NCBI RefSeq assembly: GCF_001949145.1
Contig: NW_019091356.1
Coordinates: 1,863,673 to 1,927,666, forward strand
DNA: 63,994 nucleotides
Origin: Acanthaster planci
Lineage: Eukaryota
Direction of reading: 5' to 3'
The notes under the pieces were generated by a model that saw only the letters and a program-made list of their open reading frames with translations, did no database searches and had not been told where the DNA came from. This document shows, one piece after another, positions 10,101 to 21,518 of this stretch (positions are counted from its first letter, which is position 1; each line of letters opens with the position of its first letter). The position numbers were made by a program, and so were the translations under genes.

Positions 10101-13100
10101 TTCAATTGTTAAGTGTGCTGTGCTAATTAAGTACAAATAAGGAAATATTCCATTTCAGGAGAAAGCGCTTATAGCGATGAGTTGAAAGACAATACAGGCC
10201 GATACATAGTCCAGACACACAAACAGGCTGACGGACCACCAGTTGCAGACAGACTGGTAGCTGGACCAACAGACACAAATAAACAATAAAGCAAGTATGG
10301 ACGGGTGTCAGCCAAACTGGTAGTAGAAATGAATACAGGGCGGTTGGAGAGAGAAAAAACAAAGCAAACTGGAAGGAATAAGAAGCTATGTCACAAACTG
10401 GGCGCTAAGAAACTGCTAAGAACAAATCAGCGAGGCAGACAACGGTTGTGAAAAAAAAATGGCACCTCTAGTTTTGTGCCGAAAACGTGCACAGCACAGA
10501 GGATGAACTCTTCGAAAACTTTGCTCGAACAAAAAAGAGCACTCACTCAGAGTCTTTTTCAAACACAGAGGCAGACACCCTTGGATATGACCACAAAGCA
10601 TTTTCAGAGCCTCTTTAAAGCATATAGCACATACTAGTACATGTTAATCAACAGCGATTTTCTCAACCACGACAACAATAAATCTTTGGCCAATTCGGCA
10701 GAAGTGGCAGAGAACGTACACGTACACGTGCCAAAGGTCACCTTCCCCACCCCCCCCCTTTCCCCTGTCCCACAAACCAGGCTTCCCAAACAGAATGTGC
10801 ACAAATTCTTTCACTTTCCCGGCTGGGAAGTTTGTTGAACTCTCCAGGGTCACAGGCAAGTGATACACTTTGAGAGTTTGTACTCGGCTCAACACCAAAG
10901 ATTTTCACCACACTCAAGGGTAACATGAGTCTGAGGGCATTTCTTTTCAACATTTAGCCCTCCATTTCGTCGCTCCAGTCAACATGTATGGCTTTTCAAA
11001 AACCCAAATCAGAACATGCAACTTCCAAATCTCAGCTGCCAAAAAAAATGTCTAACGCTGTGACTTGAACACATTTTTGCCAGGAGGGGCTTTTAAGCAG
11101 ATACCAAGTTACGCAAATATGTGTATTAAAATAAAAGTAAGGGATTTTTTTGGTATCTACTCCAGCATCCCCATTCAAAAATCTCCCCCTTCCCTATCCT
11201 AAAAACTTGGATTGTTCTGGCCCTTTCTGTCACAAATGAAAGTGAAGATCCAATTGAAACAACTGAAACTAAGTTTCTGCTTTCAACAGGAAGTCTACAT
11301 GTACATTATATCAAAGGCAGTTCACTTCAACTTTTAACAGTAATCCACTTTTCAAGTGGCTCACAATTAAGGGGCTTTCATGTAGGTAATACTTTTTTTC
11401 TTTTGACAAGAAATTGTGGTATGCACTTGTGTAACTGGGTGCTTTGGTTGTTTTCTTTTTCTTTTTTTCATTTCAATACGAGCGATTCACAATAGTGCGC
11501 AACCAAGAGTTTGCAACGTGTTGGCCAATCACAATGCGTGAAATTTGTCGACCCAATGTGCGTTTGGAAAGGGTCGACAACTTTCACACGTTATGATTGG
11601 CCAACGTGTTGCAAACTCTTGGTGGCGTACTATTGTGAATCGCCCGTACTGATAATGCTGATGCTAATATTACTTCCAGTACTGGATATTATCCCTTTGG
11701 CCTTGGCAGTCAACTAACTACATGCATGTATAGAAATTCCATTATCTAACTGGTTTGTCAACTTCTAAACTTGGTGAGCTCATATCAACTACACCCACCT
11801 TCAAGCCATCGTTGTATACACACTATATGTAATTTATGCAGAAACAAAATGGTTCAATCGCAGGGAATCAGTGCCTGTCAAAAATCAGGCCAAGAGGAAT
11901 CAAACACTGGCTTGGTTGCTCAAAGGCCGAACAAAAAAAATACTTTGGTTATCATCCACGTCCGCGTGACTTTTGCTGGCGGTCTCAATTTTATTTTTTT
12001 GGCTTTTATTAACCCTCCTTCTGTTTTAACCGTCAAAAACAGTAAAAAATGCCTTCCACTTGATTTCCCCAGTGCACAGACACATATGGGAAATTTGACT
12101 GATTTTGACTGATATGACAACTGTGTCAAGAATGCATCTCAGCATAGGAGGGTTAACCCTAACAGTCCTCAGTCCTCCAACAGGTGAAGGATTGAGGACT
12201 GTTAGGGTTAATCTGAAAAAGTGAAAATAGCATTTAAATACCCATTGGCCACCAATTCATTACAAAAAAAACCCAGTAAACAGCAGGCTTGTACAAAAGA
12301 AGACCTACATGTACTAATAACTGTTCAATTAAACTCCATTGCCTTCCCTCGCCTGTCATCAAATGGGTCCTATTTGTCTCACCTGCAACAAGAGGAAGCA
12401 AGTGAAACCGTCACAGTCCGCACTTCGGGTACAGTTGATTCTACCTTGGAGATCCCCCAGCTGCGACTGGGCTTGGTTGATCTGCTGCACAGCCTCATCT
12501 AACGTGTCGCATTCTGGCTGGTATGTGGCTTCTGAGGCTGGAAAAACCATGTGAACACGTTCACAGTCAACGCCTTGGACAGTGCATGGTCAAAATCGAG
12601 GGCTCGTTGGTGCGCAAATTTTGCTGAGAGTTCACAATGCTCCAAGTTTTCCCTTGTAGGAATACCGGTTGACCACGTAAACATGCTGTCATGCCAAAAT
12701 ATGTGTGCAGTAGGTAGCTAGCCCAAAAGGCATGTGATGTAATGTACCGTACATCTTGTGTAGACAAAAGAGGCCCACATCATAGAGTGTGGAACCTCAT
12801 GTGAATAAGCCTGGTCCACGCAAGCTTACCCCCTTTCTGGAAAACAGATTTACAGGCAGTTTTTGGATTAGGGTTATTTGTAGAGGGAAGAGGGACAGCC
12901 AAGCAAACCACCAACCAAAAAAATCCAGCTTAAACAGTGTCCAAAGTGCAAGAAATATGAGCATTTTCACCAAGTTTTCTTAACTGCAAGAAAACGAAGG
13001 AATGCCCACATTTGCCTGTGCCTGGATCTTTAATAAGCAAAGAAAGTTGCCTAAGCAGTGCATCATCCACTGACGTACATTTACAAGTAGCTCATATGAT

Positions 13101-16100
13101 AGCAGCCTAAAGTCGGTATACATGTAATAAATTGATTTAGGACGAAATTGGAATAGTTCTTAACGACAACGTTCAAAAAAGATTTCGGCTCCACAAATGT
13201 GAACAGATTTCAAACAAGTCCATGTGGCTCGGAGAATATATACGTTGTACATGTACATGTAGGCCTATGTACTCGACAGACAAAACAAGACAAACACTCA
13301 AACTAGTGCACAGAACATATAATCAGAACACTTAATAGCAAATTTCCTGTCTTAAAGGTTTGCTTAATAGTCCTTTTTTCATATTTGAGGGATTCTTAGT
13401 GGAGGTGAACACTTTCGTGTAATAATGCTGTGTGGAACGTACCACACAAAAACTTCCTCGGTGTCAATCATTCGAGTTGACCTTCTGAAAGCATTTAGGA
13501 AACAGGAAATTTCATGTTTCTTTTCTGTAACCATTTCAAAATAAGGAAATTTACACATCATGCGCATTGTACATGTTCACCTACAATGTACACATTTTCA
13601 GAAATTTGACTATGATAAAGCATTTCTGTTTACTGTCCAACAAATTAATGATGACCAGCAACAAATGCTTTCAACAAAGTCCACATGCATGTGCACACAT
13701 CAACAAACAATAAACTGAGCGAGATTAGCCCAGATTTTACAAACATTTACAGAACAAATGCTGGCTAGGAACGGGGAGTAACGTTTCAATGGACCTCTAA
13801 GCTGATGACGCCACACTTCGTTTGCGCGTGTGCATTCCTACTGTGCTCAGTGGTCCATGGGCCCTAGCGCTGGCTCCATAGAAAACTGAACATCCAGATT
13901 CCGATTCATATTAGTCATGTAAATTCAAAACAGACATGAAATCCTTGTCCTGGTGTAAAAACAATAAACTGCGAGCAAAAAAAACAGGGACATTCATGCT
14001 CATGAAAGTGAGCTGTAATCAGAGCAGCCAGCAAACCATAAAATATCAGTATGTGCATGTACATCTGGCAGCCATGCCAGCCTTCTTTATTTGGCCAACA
14101 TCGCCGCCTAAAAAATTCAAATGAAAAACTGTGCACTCACACGCCCCGGGTACAACATCGCCATGGCGACCTTACAGCACACACATACAGGTCAGGTACA
14201 TGTACATCATTGCCTAATTTGCTTCTGGCCCTTTTCGTCATGTATTTATCTTTGTCTGCTCGGGGTTATTTACCTTCATGTTCAACTGAATTGAACCTTT
14301 CTGCTGCTTTTTTTGTTTGTGTTGGTTTTCTCAGGAGAGGGGGGTTGTTCGTAGCTGTCAATTTTACAAACTGCCCATGTGCATTTTTGAAATGAGGTAA
14401 AACCTACGTTATTCCAAAATTTTCACTTTAAAAAACTCCATCGGGTAAAAGACAGGCTTACAAATGCCTTCATCTGTATAATTAACTCCCGTTCATTTAC
14501 TACAGGGCACGTTCAAGTTATTTTGCTGCAATCTGGTATGAGACATCCAAAAATCTTCGTCACACTAACAGAATGCTTACATGTAAGTCCGCGTCTAGTT
14601 TTATATGAAGACAGTGATTCTGATACACTTGACACTAGTGTTGAGTTGAAAGGTACCGTTCACAACCCAGACATGCAATAAAACCCAGACATATTCTGCT
14701 GGTGGCAAGAGGATTTAGTGTTGTGCTGTCCTGTGCGCTACCAAATAAATATCTTTGATTTGGTCCGCAGTCAGCAGAACAAACGACATTGTGCACACTT
14801 TTATTTAGTCAAACATGCAAAGGGCTGCAGCAACTGGGCCTGAATCAACTGGAGCACAGAAATACTACGACACGTGATATTATCATGCTTGGTCACAATG
14901 ACTTCACTTCTCCCGTGGTGCAGTATTACTGCACATTTCATTTGCATGTAGATCATGTGGAACTGGGGGTTCCATGTTCATGTACATTATGCACATGTAC
15001 ATGTACACGAGTAGCTGCGTGTAGGCTATCAGTGATGCAAGAGCACTAGCTGTACTTCATCAATCAGCGATGGACTGAAGAGCAAATTGTTAACGAGGTT
15101 AAAATCTGGGAAGTCTTCCTGTAGGTGCGTGCCGCACATAGCTCTCAACATGATTTGGCACAGTGCCAGGACTCAGGCAGGTTGATTACATGTAGGTCAT
15201 GCTTCCCCTCTTTGTTCTCTGTTTGCATGGACTTTGCAAAGGAGGGGGAATACCAGAGGGGCACTTGTCGCCCTCAACCCCCCCTTCTAAAAAGGGGACC
15301 CCCCAAAAAAGCCAGGAATAAGGCAAAACTGGAGGCAAAGGGGGTCGAAAATCACTACTTTGCTTGAAAAAAGTCTTGGAAATGACCCCTTCTACCATAA
15401 CAGTTTGTGAGTTTGCTGGTGATAAATGCTTCACAGTCATCCTTCCCCCGGGATAAAATCCTGGCAACCGCCCATGCACATATGGACACACACAAAAAAG
15501 TCAGAGAAGCAGTCTTCCATGACTGCCTTGTGAATATGTACATGTACATGACACCTGTTCTAATGAATCATTCGGATTCCAGTTTGTCTGGCAAAAGCCC
15601 TACAGTGGGGCTTCCAGGAAATGACGAGGCAACCTTGTACGTGCATTTTAAGTCAAAACAGTACACCAACATCTCCATGTACTTCCCTCCTGACTAGCGA
15701 GACAAGATAGTTAACTTTATTTCTGCAGTTTTTACAGTTTTCCTGGAATAATCAGTCACTGCACTTAAACCTGGCGCACGTACTTTGCCTCTGCTATTCA
15801 ACCCCTTTCTCAAAAACTCTTGAGCATAATTGTTATACGTGTACACGTAGGTCCCTGTGTAATCATCAGAGCAAATTATCTAATGAAGAGATCTGTCAGG
15901 GGAGCTCAGAAACAAATCTTTGAAATTTTTATACAGAAAACATCCAGAGCGCGACACTTGTCAAGGTACTGTATCAGTATGATATTCTGCCCCAGGATGT
16001 GGCACGCCCATTCACTGAAGTTGACTTGTCTCTACTCCTGCGCTTTCCTGCATTCTACAAATTTCTTGTGGGATACAAATTACAATTTTCGGCTCTTATC

Positions 16101-18513
16101 AAGAGTCCACAGGATCTAGATCTCATCGCTGCAGAGCATGAGGCTCGTAGTTTTCCATTTTGTTGTTGATGGCTGCATTTTAGTTTGGAATTTCTGACTG
16201 CAAAGGAAATACTGGAATATTCAGCCCAGCTTGGCTGTAACTGAAATTTTTTTTTTTCATTTTTATTTCTGCCTTTGTTCCAGTGCCACACTGAAGTCCC
16301 CTTCCCAAACCCCCCCCTCTAAAAAAAGTTGAAAATCATCCAGAATTCTTCAATTGTCTTTCTTCACATCTAAAGGATTATGCAGTACTCAAAAACCACA
16401 CACTGCGTGGAAAAGACACGACCCAAAATTTTGATTGCTCAAATTTGTACACTCTGGTAGCGTGCAGTAACACAGCTGACCCTTGGGATGGTGAAGCTAC
16501 CATGGCAACAATAAAAGTAGACTGATAGCCTCATCCTCTGATGCGAAGATAAATCTATAGAGTGGCATGAATTACCAGGATTATGTTGGTTGTTATTATG
16601 GGTACGCAGGGCACCAGTTAATCTCTTCTACTTGTCTACTCTTCTGCCTGGTGTGCCCATGATTTTTCCCTCTTGGTGATCATCAGCCTATACCAAAAGT
16701 CTGCATTATAATGAACAGGCACACGTTGACATTTTCAATGATAAACCTACTGTACATGTACAGTTGGTTTGCTTATTAGCACATCACATTACATTACAAA
16801 CATTTGGTCCCAGTGGAGATGGTAATTTATGACATTAGAAGGCGATTATAAACCTCCAGAGGATAAATGTTGTTAGAATAATGTTATTCTAGGTATTTTT
16901 CTTTCTCTATACTTGTCAGGGGAGTTAACCCTGGATATAAACAGACAAGTGCTTGAACCCGGATGCATTGAAATGTGCACAAAACTTGACAACAGCATAT
17001 GTACTGACAGTACTGCTGTACAGACCTGTACCGTTGTAGCCTGCAGTACAAGCAGGTACATACATGTACATGTACGCTCACCAAGCAATGAAGTTGACTG
17101 AGGCAGGGTTGTGGGGAACGCCTACATTGTTAAAGCAAATTAACCAAATAAATATGCTTAGCATTCAAACACATTTCCTTTTCAGGGGCCACCTCAAATT
17201 TATTTATTACTTAAAAAAATACGTAATTCATCTAAATACATGTTCTATTTAGCCAACTTTACTACGCATCAACCTCTTTGACGCAAATACTTAAGACGTT
17301 AAGTGAGACTATAGAGCTTGTTAAATTCCAGCTCGGGTCGAGACAGATCTGTGGTATAGTGGTTAGTGCGTACGTCATGAGATCATACAAGATTAATTTG
17401 ATTCCCACTGGTCGACATTTTTTCATCCCACAAAACTAACAATATTCTCCTTATTTTAATTTGATATTGACCCCAACACATATTAACAGGATTTTGGATT
17501 TGTGTTTCAGATTTGTGGCTCTGGAGGACTTTTTCTAAAAGGGAAAAAAGTCTGAAATTATAAACTGGTCTTATTTCATTTCATTTATTATTTTTCAGGT
17601 AAGACAAAAAATATAAACACATCAAGAAACAGTAATTAAAACATGGCAACAGCATCCCTGAGGAATTGCCAAAAAGCGAACTAAAATAACTATCAAGTGA
17701 CTCTCCCAGATGCTGAAACCAAACATAGGGAGAGAAAGAGAGAGAAACAAATTCAATATTTGATATTCCTTACCTTGTGAATACAAATACTAAGATTTGT
17801 CATGGTAAGAATTTTCTAAGTCTAAAAACAGCTACTGTGCATGCACCCTGGAAAATATCTTTTAATGTCAATTTGCTGGCGCTGGATAAATAAACACTGC
17901 CTTCATGATTTATTTGAAAAAAACTTACACAAATTAATAGCTTTTTTGTCAAAGTTCATAAATGTTGTTTAAATAAAATAACCCTCACTCTGTAGCAAAC
18001 TAAATTGTGAATTAAGATTTAACTTTACAATGTACATAGGCCTACATATGTACTAACATGGAAGATTTTGTTTATAATACAACTGTTAGAACACAGTTAT
18101 GCTCGTATCGACATCATTCCCTGTCGTGTATATGAGAACATACTTGGTACCTTGTAATTTCATTGCCACTGAAATTTACATAACAAAACTGTCCAAGGCT
18201 CTTGGCATAATACTAAGCTACGCAATAATATAGGCCAGCCCGGAAAGTAAGCCCCTACACGCGCCGTAGCGGCATAGTCCTCCTCGCTCGTACTCGTGCC
18301 ACCTGGTAGCACGGAGCCTACTAATGCATGTGATATGCAACAGCGTGAAATTCTTCTCATTCCTAACATCGTGCTTTATTTCATCATCAATTTAAAATTC
18401 ACTGAGAGGCACTCTCAAAGAATTGAGAAAAATAGGAAATTCCTACCTGCCGTCTGCAGAAGAATCCAGGCGCAAATGAACAAAATCGCGATCGCACTCA
18501 CTGGACACTTCAT
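1136..18513 (-). CDS. Uncharacterised type I membrane glycoprotein A (signal peptide, 3 x six-Cys ~150-aa domain, stalk, TM, short tail); paralog of gene B
   Basis: Hand-spliced coding exons, all GT-AG and frame-continuous: 18513-18447, 12531-12383, 9844-9706, 9353-9268, 8509-8410, 7929-7796, 7438-7309, 6575-6481, 5635-5548, 4327-4131, 3984-3852, 3114-2962, (optional 2147-2091), 1858-1775, 1275-1136 (TAG). 1695 nt = 564 aa without the optional exon. Starts MKCPVSAIAILFICAWILLQTA/EATYQPEC; ends ATIGAVVGVVAVVMVAAAVVALVWY-RRRSHRHNDHIHLVESSDADM. Every exon has a same-phase counterpart in gene B. Confidence 0.9.
2091..2147 (-). CDS. Candidate extra (cassette) exon of gene A, phase 1-1, encoding ..PFPDNPNEVCKAASP
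   Basis: Strong donor CAG/GTATGT at 2091/2090; three in-frame AG acceptors give exons of 57, 48 or 36 nt; open frame; no clear counterpart in gene B. Confidence 0.5.
2188..2787. mobile_element. piggyBac-like non-autonomous element (MITE), full length
   Basis: TTAA-CCACTTGCTGCCGGGG at left; CCCCGGCAGGATGTGG-TTAT at right (imperfect TIR, TTAA-type target). About 450 bp of it recurs at 5888-6335. Confidence 0.7.
4535..4878 (+). mobile_element. tRNA-derived SINE
   Basis: Pol III B-box GGGTTCGATTCCC at ~4589; central GGGTTTT...GGGGTTTTCCTCCCAC segment like conserved SINE cores; LINE-like 3' end (TGTACAGCGCATTTGAAC...TATAAATGAATTATTGTTATAATT). Confidence 0.7.
5888..6335. mobile_element. Second, truncated copy of the piggyBac-like MITE at 2188-2787
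   Basis: Starts TTAA-CCACTTGCCACCGGG; shares long blocks such as AAAGGGAACTGGGCCTTGTAACAAAAGA and GCGAGCGGA-TAC-CAC-GGGGACAA with copy 1; right TIR absent. Confidence 0.7.
6930..7129. mobile_element. Short TIR MITE
   Basis: GGGCATCGC at 6930 and GCGATGCCC at 7121-7129, with G-runs inside the left end and C-runs inside the right end; no clean TSD. Confidence 0.45.
9912..9963 (+). repeat. (CAAA)n microsatellite
   Basis: Interrupted ACAAACAAACAAAC run in intron 2 of gene A. Confidence 0.9.
11477..11648. mobile_element. Palindromic foldback MITE, TA-flanked
   Basis: ~70-bp arms: CGAGCGATTCACAATAGTGCGCAACCAAGAGTTTGCAACGTGTTGGCCAATC versus GATTGGCCAACGTGTTGCAAACTCTTGGTGGCGTACTATTGTGAATCGCCCG; TA on both sides. 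Confidence 0.75.
12153..12211. mobile_element. Minimal piggyBac-like element (51 bp) with TTAA duplications
   Basis: TTAA-CCCTAACAGTCCTCAGTCCT-(11 nt)-AGGATTGAGGACTGTTAGGG-TTAA; 20-bp TIR with 1 mismatch; CCC/GGG termini. Confidence 0.7.
17575..17790 (-). mobile_element. Possible LINE 3' tail fragment
   Basis: Minus strand reads as a T-rich 3'UTR-like stretch ending AATAATAAATGAAATGAAA, a short tandem tail typical of CR1/L2-type ends. Confidence 0.3.
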
Positions 18514-18739
18514 TCTCTGTGGTTTTAGGTACAGTTCTAAATCTCTGAGTATCGAGGGTCAATGCAGTTGACTTTGGAACTAGCAGTAGCAGACGTCTCT
18601 TGAGATCACTACAATAAGATGCAACTTCGAGGAAAGTGGGATATGAACCAAATCGCTACTACATTTCCTCAAAATTGTGGCCCGAGCCTGAGCTGCGCCG
18701 GTGTGGTGCTGTTAGCTGTACAATAACAATGCCACATTG

Positions 18740-18758
18740 AAGTCAAAAGAGGGCGCTG
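18740..18758 (+). promoter_or_regulatory. CTCF-like motif upstream of gene A
   Basis: AAGTCAAAAGAGGGCGCTG, ~230 bp upstream of the gene A ATG; mirror image of the motif upstream of gene B. Confidence 0.35.
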
Positions 18759-18851
18759 TCACCTCTTAAAAGGCAACTGACTCGCGGCTGGCTCGCGGCG
18801 ACGGACGGAAGCTGCTTTCAAGGACCAAGTTTTCGGGGAAATGTTATTGAA

Positions 18852-20238
18852 TACGGAGGCGTATTACCGCCACGATAATAAAAAACCTCCCTCTATCGTG
18901 TACGTGTACATGATGGGGGGGGACGTGCCCCCCACAAATTCCCAGGCCCCCCCCACTGAAAAAAACGGATGAATGGATATTGAACAAAGCTAACAAACAC
19001 CCCCATAAAAAACACTGAAAGTTGGTGCCCTTTGGCCCCCCCCACTAAGAATCCTAGTTACGCCACTGGTTCAACTGATATCGATCTCCACAATCCAACC
19101 AAAAAGAAAAAGAACTGGACGTGGAGAACATTCAAATCCTAATGGAACTCCTTGAGGAGCAAAGTTAAGAAGTGTCGGTTAGGCATGGAATTCAACTCCC
19201 CCCCAAAATAAAACTGAAATCCGCCTACTTCAATCGTGCATGGCTTGAAGAAAAACCATACAGACAAGGAATCTTTGCCATCAGTTGCAATAAATAATAA
19301 AAGAACCAAAAAGGTGACTGATAAAGTATGGAAAAAGGGCATGCTCTGTTCCCCTCAGCACAAAATAGAAAAAAAAACGGGACGGCATATTATCGCCGGT
19401 ATACTTGAAATCACTAAGTGAATTAGAAACCCACAAATATACACAAACGAGCCCTTGCGTCGCCAAGCTCCAGATACGGAGTTTCAAAACTCCTACTCTA
19501 GCTCTGGGAAACTAATGGGCCCGCGGGCGAGTTATGAGTTGACAAGCGTTACTCAACCACGTGGCCTTGCATGAGACCACGGATGACTTCCTAGTTATTG
19601 TATTGCACCCTGAAAATTAAGCAAATTTCACACAAATTTTCTAGCAAGCTCTGATCTGCACAAACGTCGGTATCTCATCAACCTGAAAATCTCTCCATAC
19701 TGGTCGCAAAAAATGTACTCAAATACACCAGCAAACAGACCGCTCGTTCATGAAGCTGTGTAAAATTAAACAGTAAGAAAAGAGTGGGAAGTGGCCCTGT
19801 TAGTGCTGATAACAATTTCATCCTTTCCTGGCTTTAAAAAAAAAATACAAGGCAGCAATATTTTGGGAATAACCCCCCCCAAACAAACCCCTGTTAACAA
19901 AAGGATAAAATCGACCGATTATATCTTAAACCTTGCTTGCACAGACTGGCTTCCCCTTTTTTCTCAGCCATAGAGACAATTCACTTAACCTTCGAAAACA
20001 GTGCAGAAAAAACAATATTCATGGTGGCGGCCGAACTCCAGTCCACCAAACGAATTAAGACGTAGAGGCGACATGTATGATTACGCCCCTTCCCTTTGGA
20101 CACACATGGATGCGGCGTGCACTTCTGAGTAATCGTGTTCGTACACGATACTTATCATGCACGTACAAGATAGTTATCGTGTACGTACGCGCTAGGGGCG
20201 AGAACTTTTTATTATCGTGGCGGTAATAAGCTTCCGTA
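18852..20238. mobile_element. Non-autonomous DNA transposon with TACGG...CCGTA termini in the divergent promoter region
   Basis: 33-bp TIR with 31/33 match (TACGGAGGCGTATTACCGCCACGATAATAAAAA versus TTTTTATTATCGTGGCGGTAATAAGCTTCCGTA); subterminal ~21-bp repeats ATCGTGTACGTACACGAT at 20132-20190; no matching long TSD. Confidence 0.7.
18914..19068. mobile_element. Partial MITE ending CCTAGTTACGCCACTG, nested in the 18852-20238 element
   Basis: G/C-run-rich body and a TACGCCACTG end typical of CAGTGGCGTA-type MITEs; it interrupts the left subterminal repeats of the host element. Confidence 0.5.
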
Positions 20239-21372
20239 CTTCCGTAACTTAGGGCCGGAGCCTTTGTTTTATTTTCCTATCCTGTCACGTTGTTTGGGAG
20301 GCTCTTAAGGTAAATTTTGGGGCATTTTGTACACTTTTGAAAGAAGAGAAATGAAATACACGTACATTTGTACCATGTTCTCCCATCGCCCTCGTTTCAC
20401 CTCATATCAATTATTTTTTCCCTCGAACTTAGGAGCACGCTGAGCATCGCGGCGCGCACTCAGGCTGGATTGGCGCCGATGGGAGTGGAGCACTAGGCGG
20501 CAAAGAATTGGATACTCCGGGCCTTCATGAAGGCATGACATCGTTGGCATTGGGAAACTACATTTTAGGAAATCGAATGTTGTTACAAATAAAACTTTTT
20601 TGTGGATGTTAGGCCACAGTGGCAATGAAACCGCACTCCACCCAAACCCTTCAATCATTCACCGTTAAAATTTATACTGGCAACTTCTGGAAAGATAGCA
20701 AGATTCCCTCAGCGCCCGGAAAGTTTGAATTTTGTAACTTAAGTAAGTAGTATTTCACGTTGCAATATTCTAAATAAAAAGCAAAGAATTTTCGAAACAC
20801 ACTATAGGAATCTCAAAGAGGATACAACGGAAGTGCTTAAACAAGAAATGGCTCATATGATATCATTAAAATTTGGAAAACAAAATAAGGACCAATCTTG
20901 ATTAGCGTTGGGGAGGGGGCCGAGTCCATTTTGCACCGTTATAAACAAATCAACAACCCACTAAGTTCAACAAAAACTGGCTTCATGTAGCTTTTTTCTC
21001 TTTTATTGAACACTCAGTTTTCAGTGTCAGAAACAGGAAGTTTTTGCAATGTAAGATGTTTATGTTGTTGACTTGTTGTTTGTGTTATTTATTGAATGAA
21101 TCGCAAACTCAATCAGAATAGAAGCACTGCAAATGCTAGTACAATTTTGACTTTTTTTCTAGAAAATAGCCCATAATCTTCCTGATCCAAGAACATGAAG
21201 CAACTAATACTTAGGCAGTCTATCAAGCCCACAGACCAGAGCCGTATATACATGTACATGTAGATTAATATAGATCATAGACCTGGAGGAGAAATCTCCT
21301 ACAGGTTTCTTATTAATTAATATCCCTGCGGCAACATCACAGACCAGAGCTAGCTAGCCGCGGACAGGCCAT

Positions 21373-21391
21373 CGGCGCCCTCTGTTGACCA
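21373..21391 (-). promoter_or_regulatory. CTCF-like motif upstream of gene B
   Basis: Minus strand TGGTCAACAGAGGGCGCCG, close to the CTCF consensus TGGCCACCAGRGGGCGC; ~130 bp upstream of the gene B ATG. Confidence 0.45.
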
Positions 21392-21518
21392 CACATCGAC
21401 GCGACGGCGTCAATAAATAGACGTAGACTCGATTGATCGATCGCTGAACGCTTCATCAAAAGTTTGAACAACTTAGTTTGTTTGCGCAGTTAGTGGACCT
21501 CCAGCCACAAAATCGAGG

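Noticed and set aside
15225..15477. CATGG...CCATG bounded G/C-run element
   Set aside because: Probably an old MITE, but the TIR is too degraded and there is no TSD.
17345..17425. tRNA-like segment (TGGTATAGTGGTTAG A-box, T-run)
   Set aside because: No intact B-box or cloverleaf; at most a decayed SINE head.
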